Under the pieces are notes generated by a model. It was given only the letters and a program-made list of their open reading frames with translations, ran no database searches and was not told the origin of the DNA. A DNA stretch of 64,000 bases from NCBI GenBank assembly GCA_963825505.1, contig CAWGTL010000018.1:66137-130136 (forward strand), given 5' to 3'. This DNA comes from an uncultured Actinomycetota bacterium. Its GTDB lineage: Bacteria; Actinomycetota; Actinomycetes; Actinomycetales; CAWJMD01. A program made the translations under genes and the position numbers. Below are positions 61,703 through 64,000 of this stretch, piece after piece; the stretch's first letter is position 1, and the number at the start of each line of letters is the position of its first letter.

Positions 61703-61974
61703 GGGACGGCCGCCGCTGCTGACTCGGTCGGAGCATGCCCGGGGGCCCTTGGACTCTGCGCGGCGTCGCCGGATGCGGGAAGGCTGGCCGAGACCAGCCG
61801 AGGCGGTCCTCGAGAGGCGCCAGGCGCCATTCGAGCGCGAAGACGGGCGGTGATGTCGTGACAGCCTCTGTGTCCACATCGACCACTGGACACCACGGTC
61901 TGGCGGCCCACGAGGTGGTGCTGCTGCTGGAGACCGATCCCCATCGCGGTACCGCGACGGTCCGCCGGCGGTGG

Positions 61975-62361
61975 CTAGGACGCTTCTGGTGGCACCGCGA
62001 AGACCGCCCACACGGCCTTGCCGTCGGGGTCGAGGTCGACGCCCCACTCGCGGCTCAGCTGGTCCACGATCCGCAGGCCGCGACCGTTGGGGCCCTGGGC
62101 CGGGGGGTCGGGCAGGGCCACGGCGACGGGCAGCGCGTCGCGGACCTCCAGCCGCAGCGACGCCTCGTGCCTGCTGATGGTGACGCTGAACGGCGTGGCG
62201 GCGTGCAGCACGGCGTTGGTGGCGAGCTCGGAGACCACCAGGCGGAGCACCAGCGCGGCGTCGAGGAGACCACCGGTGTGAAGGTGGTCGACCACGAAGG
62301 TCCGGGCCTCCGCGACGTGGCTCACGTCGTTCGGCCAGCTCCGCTGATACGTCCACGTCAT
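61975..62361 (-). CDS. ATP-binding protein, anti-sigma-factor-like Ser/Thr kinase (HATPase_c_2, RsbW/SpoIIAB-like)
   Basis: ATG 62361, 128 aa, with motifs [13 protein letters not shown] and [15 protein letters not shown]. It is the C-terminal part of track ORF 61975..63954. Confidence 0.75.
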   Translation of the reverse strand: MTWTYQRSWPNDVSHVAEARTFVVDHLHTGGLLDAALVLRLVVSELATNAVLHAATPFSVTISRHEASLRLEVRDALPVAVALPDPPAQGPNGRGLRIVDQLSREWGVDLDPDGKAVWAVFAVPPEAS

Positions 62362-62568
62362 GGTGCCGGGCACCGGCAGACCTCGCTCCCCTGGAGGGCG
62401 ACCGCTCTCATGGCGAGGTCTGGGCGATGGGCTACGGTCCGTCCCCTTCATCCTCCCCCCGGACACCGTGCCGCGCAATGCCGCGCGCCGTCGGCCAGGA
62501 GTAACGTGGACAGGACGGTCCTCGCTCGCGCTGGCCGACTGGAGCGCGGCAGGTCGTTCGGTGCGCAG

Positions 62569-63253
62569 ATGACGAGGGACGGCTGGCTCGGCGTGGACCA
62601 CCGCTTCGGGGGGGCGGGCGACCGCCTCGAGGAGGTGTGCAGGACGTGCGTGCTCGAGGCGGGGGTCGACGGCGCGGGTCTGACGTTGGCGTCGACGGAC
62701 GGCACCCCCGAGACCGTGTTCGCCACCGACACCGTCGCGGCCCAGGTCGAGGACCTGCAGTTCACCCTCGGCGAGGGGCCGTGCGTCGAGGCGGTCCGCA
62801 CCGGGGAGGCCGTGGTGGCGCCCCACCTCGGCGTGACCGACCTGGCCCGCTGGCCCGCGTTCGGGCGGGAGGCGGCTGCCATCGGGGTGGCGGCGGTGTT
62901 CGCCCTCCCGGTGCGCTTCGGGGCGGACTGCGTCGGTGCGCTCGGACTGCACCGGCTGACGCCCGGCCCGCTCGACCGGCGCCAGCTGGCCTCCGCGGTC
63001 GGGGGCCACCGACGCGGCGGCCACCCTGCTGGCCGACGGCACCACGGACGGGCTCACCCGCGTCGTGCCGCTGACGACGTACCGGATGGTCGTGCACCAG
63101 GCGGCGGGCATGGCCATGGTGCAGCTGGGGACCAGCCTCCCCGAGGCACTGGTCCGCCTGCGGGCCGCGGCGTTCGCCGAGGGCATCTCGATCAACGACC
63201 TCGCCACCGATCTGGTCAGCCGACGTCGTCGCCTGGCACGGGAGGAAGCATGA
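62569..63253 (+). pseudogene. GAF-ANTAR RNA-binding regulator, one frame change in a G-run
   Basis: The GAF part starts at ATG 62569 (…[20 protein letters not shown]…). The ANTAR part ([40 protein letters not shown]) lies in ORF 63065..63253. The run GGGGG at 63001-63005 has one G too many. Confidence 0.75.
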
Positions 63254-64000
63254 GCACACCGACCGGTCCGGAACGGGCCACCACCGCGCACGACCCCCAC
63301 GACGCGCGCAAGTACGTGCGCCTCGCCCAGCGGTTCGTGTCCCTGGCCGACACGCTCGTCGACGACTACGACGTCGTCGACCTCCTCGAGCACCTGGTGG
63401 AGTCCTGCGTCGACCTGCTCGGCGTCAGCCAGGTGGGCCTGATGCTGGTGGCGCCGGACGGGTCGCTGAACCTGGTGGCGTCCTCGAGCGAGGCGACCCG
63501 GCTGCTGGAGCTGCTGCAGATCCAGGGCGAGCAGGGCCCGTGCGTCGAGTGCGTGCGCACCGGCGCCCCGGTCGGGGTGGAGGACGTCCGCACCACCGCC
63601 GGGCGGTGGCCCCGCTTCTCCGCGGCGGCCGACGCCGCCGGCTTCCGCTCGGTGCACGCCCTTCCGATGCGGCTGCGGGACGAGACGATCGGCGGGATCA
63701 ACCTGTTCGGCGCGGCCGACCAGGCGCCGCTCGGTCTCGGCGACCAGCGGATCGCCCAGGCTCTGGCCGACGTCGCGACCATCGGGATCCTGCAGCAGCG
63801 CTCGGTGCACCGCGCCTCGCACCTGGCTGAGCAGCTGCAGGCGGCGCTCAGCACGCGGATCGTCGTCGAGCAGGCCAAGGGCGTGCTCGCCGAGCGCGGC
63901 GAGCTCGACATGGACACCGCCTTCGCGCGGCTTCGGGCGTACTGCCGCGACCACCGGCTCAAGCTCGGCTCGGTGTCAGCGGCCCTGGTGGCGCGCGAGC
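63250..64000 (+). CDS. GAF-ANTAR RNA-binding regulator (3' end beyond the window)
   Basis: ATG 63250 overlaps the upstream stop (ATGA), with RBS gggaggaagc. The GAF part includes [19 protein letters not shown]. The ANTAR part is [37 protein letters not shown]. The frame stays open to nt 64000. Confidence 0.8.
   Translation, partial: MSTPTGPERATTAHDPHDARKYVRLAQRFVSLADTLVDDYDVVDLLEHLVESCVDLLGVSQVGLMLVAPDGSLNLVASSSEATRLLELLQIQGEQGPCVECVRTGAPVGVEDVRTTAGRWPRFSAAADAAGFRSVHALPMRLRDETIGGINLFGAADQAPLGLGDQRIAQALADVATIGILQQRSVHRASHLAEQLQAALSTRIVVEQAKGVLAERGELDMDTAFARLRAYCRDHRLKLGSVSAALVARE

Noticed and set aside
61703-61974. A short open frame ([29 protein letters not shown]...) considered as a possible STAS-type partner for the adjacent anti-sigma-like kinase.
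   Set aside because: The frame runs straight into the antisense strand of the kinase gene. It lacks STAS motifs and has no RBS.

Overview
This is a 64-kb chromosomal segment from a very GC-rich actinobacterium (Actinomycetota). Codon third positions are so GC-saturated that all six frames stay open, so most long ORFs in the supplied track are non-coding shadows. They can be recognised by Arg/Pro/Gly-rich translations lying opposite or out of frame with clearly homologous genes. I can support about 60 genes.

Left third: a CoxE-type VWA protein, a LysR regulator, 6-phosphogluconate dehydrogenase, a sugar ABC locus, an SGNH hydrolase, a GNAT, and a single-chain BC-BCCP-CT acyl-CoA carboxylase of about 1,860 codons.

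Middle:
- a PP2C phosphatase, and a DUF4396 membrane protein behind a CsoR-like operator;
- a translationally coupled module of a UBP zinc finger, a response regulator fused to a TrxR-like protein, and a cNMP-domain histidine kinase;
- a 5.6-kb block of uncharacterised envelope or secreted proteins: DUF4407 plus a Pro-rich membrane protein, a matrixin protease, and a coupled three-gene operon with a WxG-type signature;
- a sirtuin, a secreted DUF1524/Excalibur nuclease and an ArsR+SRPBCC pair;
- a nucleotidyltransferase-like/methyltransferase fusion, an ADP-ribosylglycohydrolase and an NrtR-like Nudix regulator;
- FabG, an ACT protein, a PEP-mutase/ICL-family enzyme and a RecQ-PRTase fusion;
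- a second sugar ABC locus, DUF885, DUF1206 and a patatin/acyltransferase operon.

Right third: the conserved actinobacterial core ald-xerD-parA-like-scpA-scpB-rluB-aroH-tyrA-cmk-der-tRNA-Pro, with an IS481-family element inserted exactly at the tRNA 3' end. This is followed by a thiol/sulfur module (ArsR-rhodanese, CxxC membrane protein, DsbA-like protein, CcdA) and an anti-sigma-like kinase with two GAF-ANTAR regulators.

I saw no rRNA, CRISPR array or prophage.

At least 11 genes, including core genes, need single-base frame changes to be read. The carboxylase alone needs about 27, mostly +1. This looks more like an insertion-biased sequence-quality problem than real gene decay, but that must be verified. 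All homology statements come from my own recognition of motifs. No database search was run.
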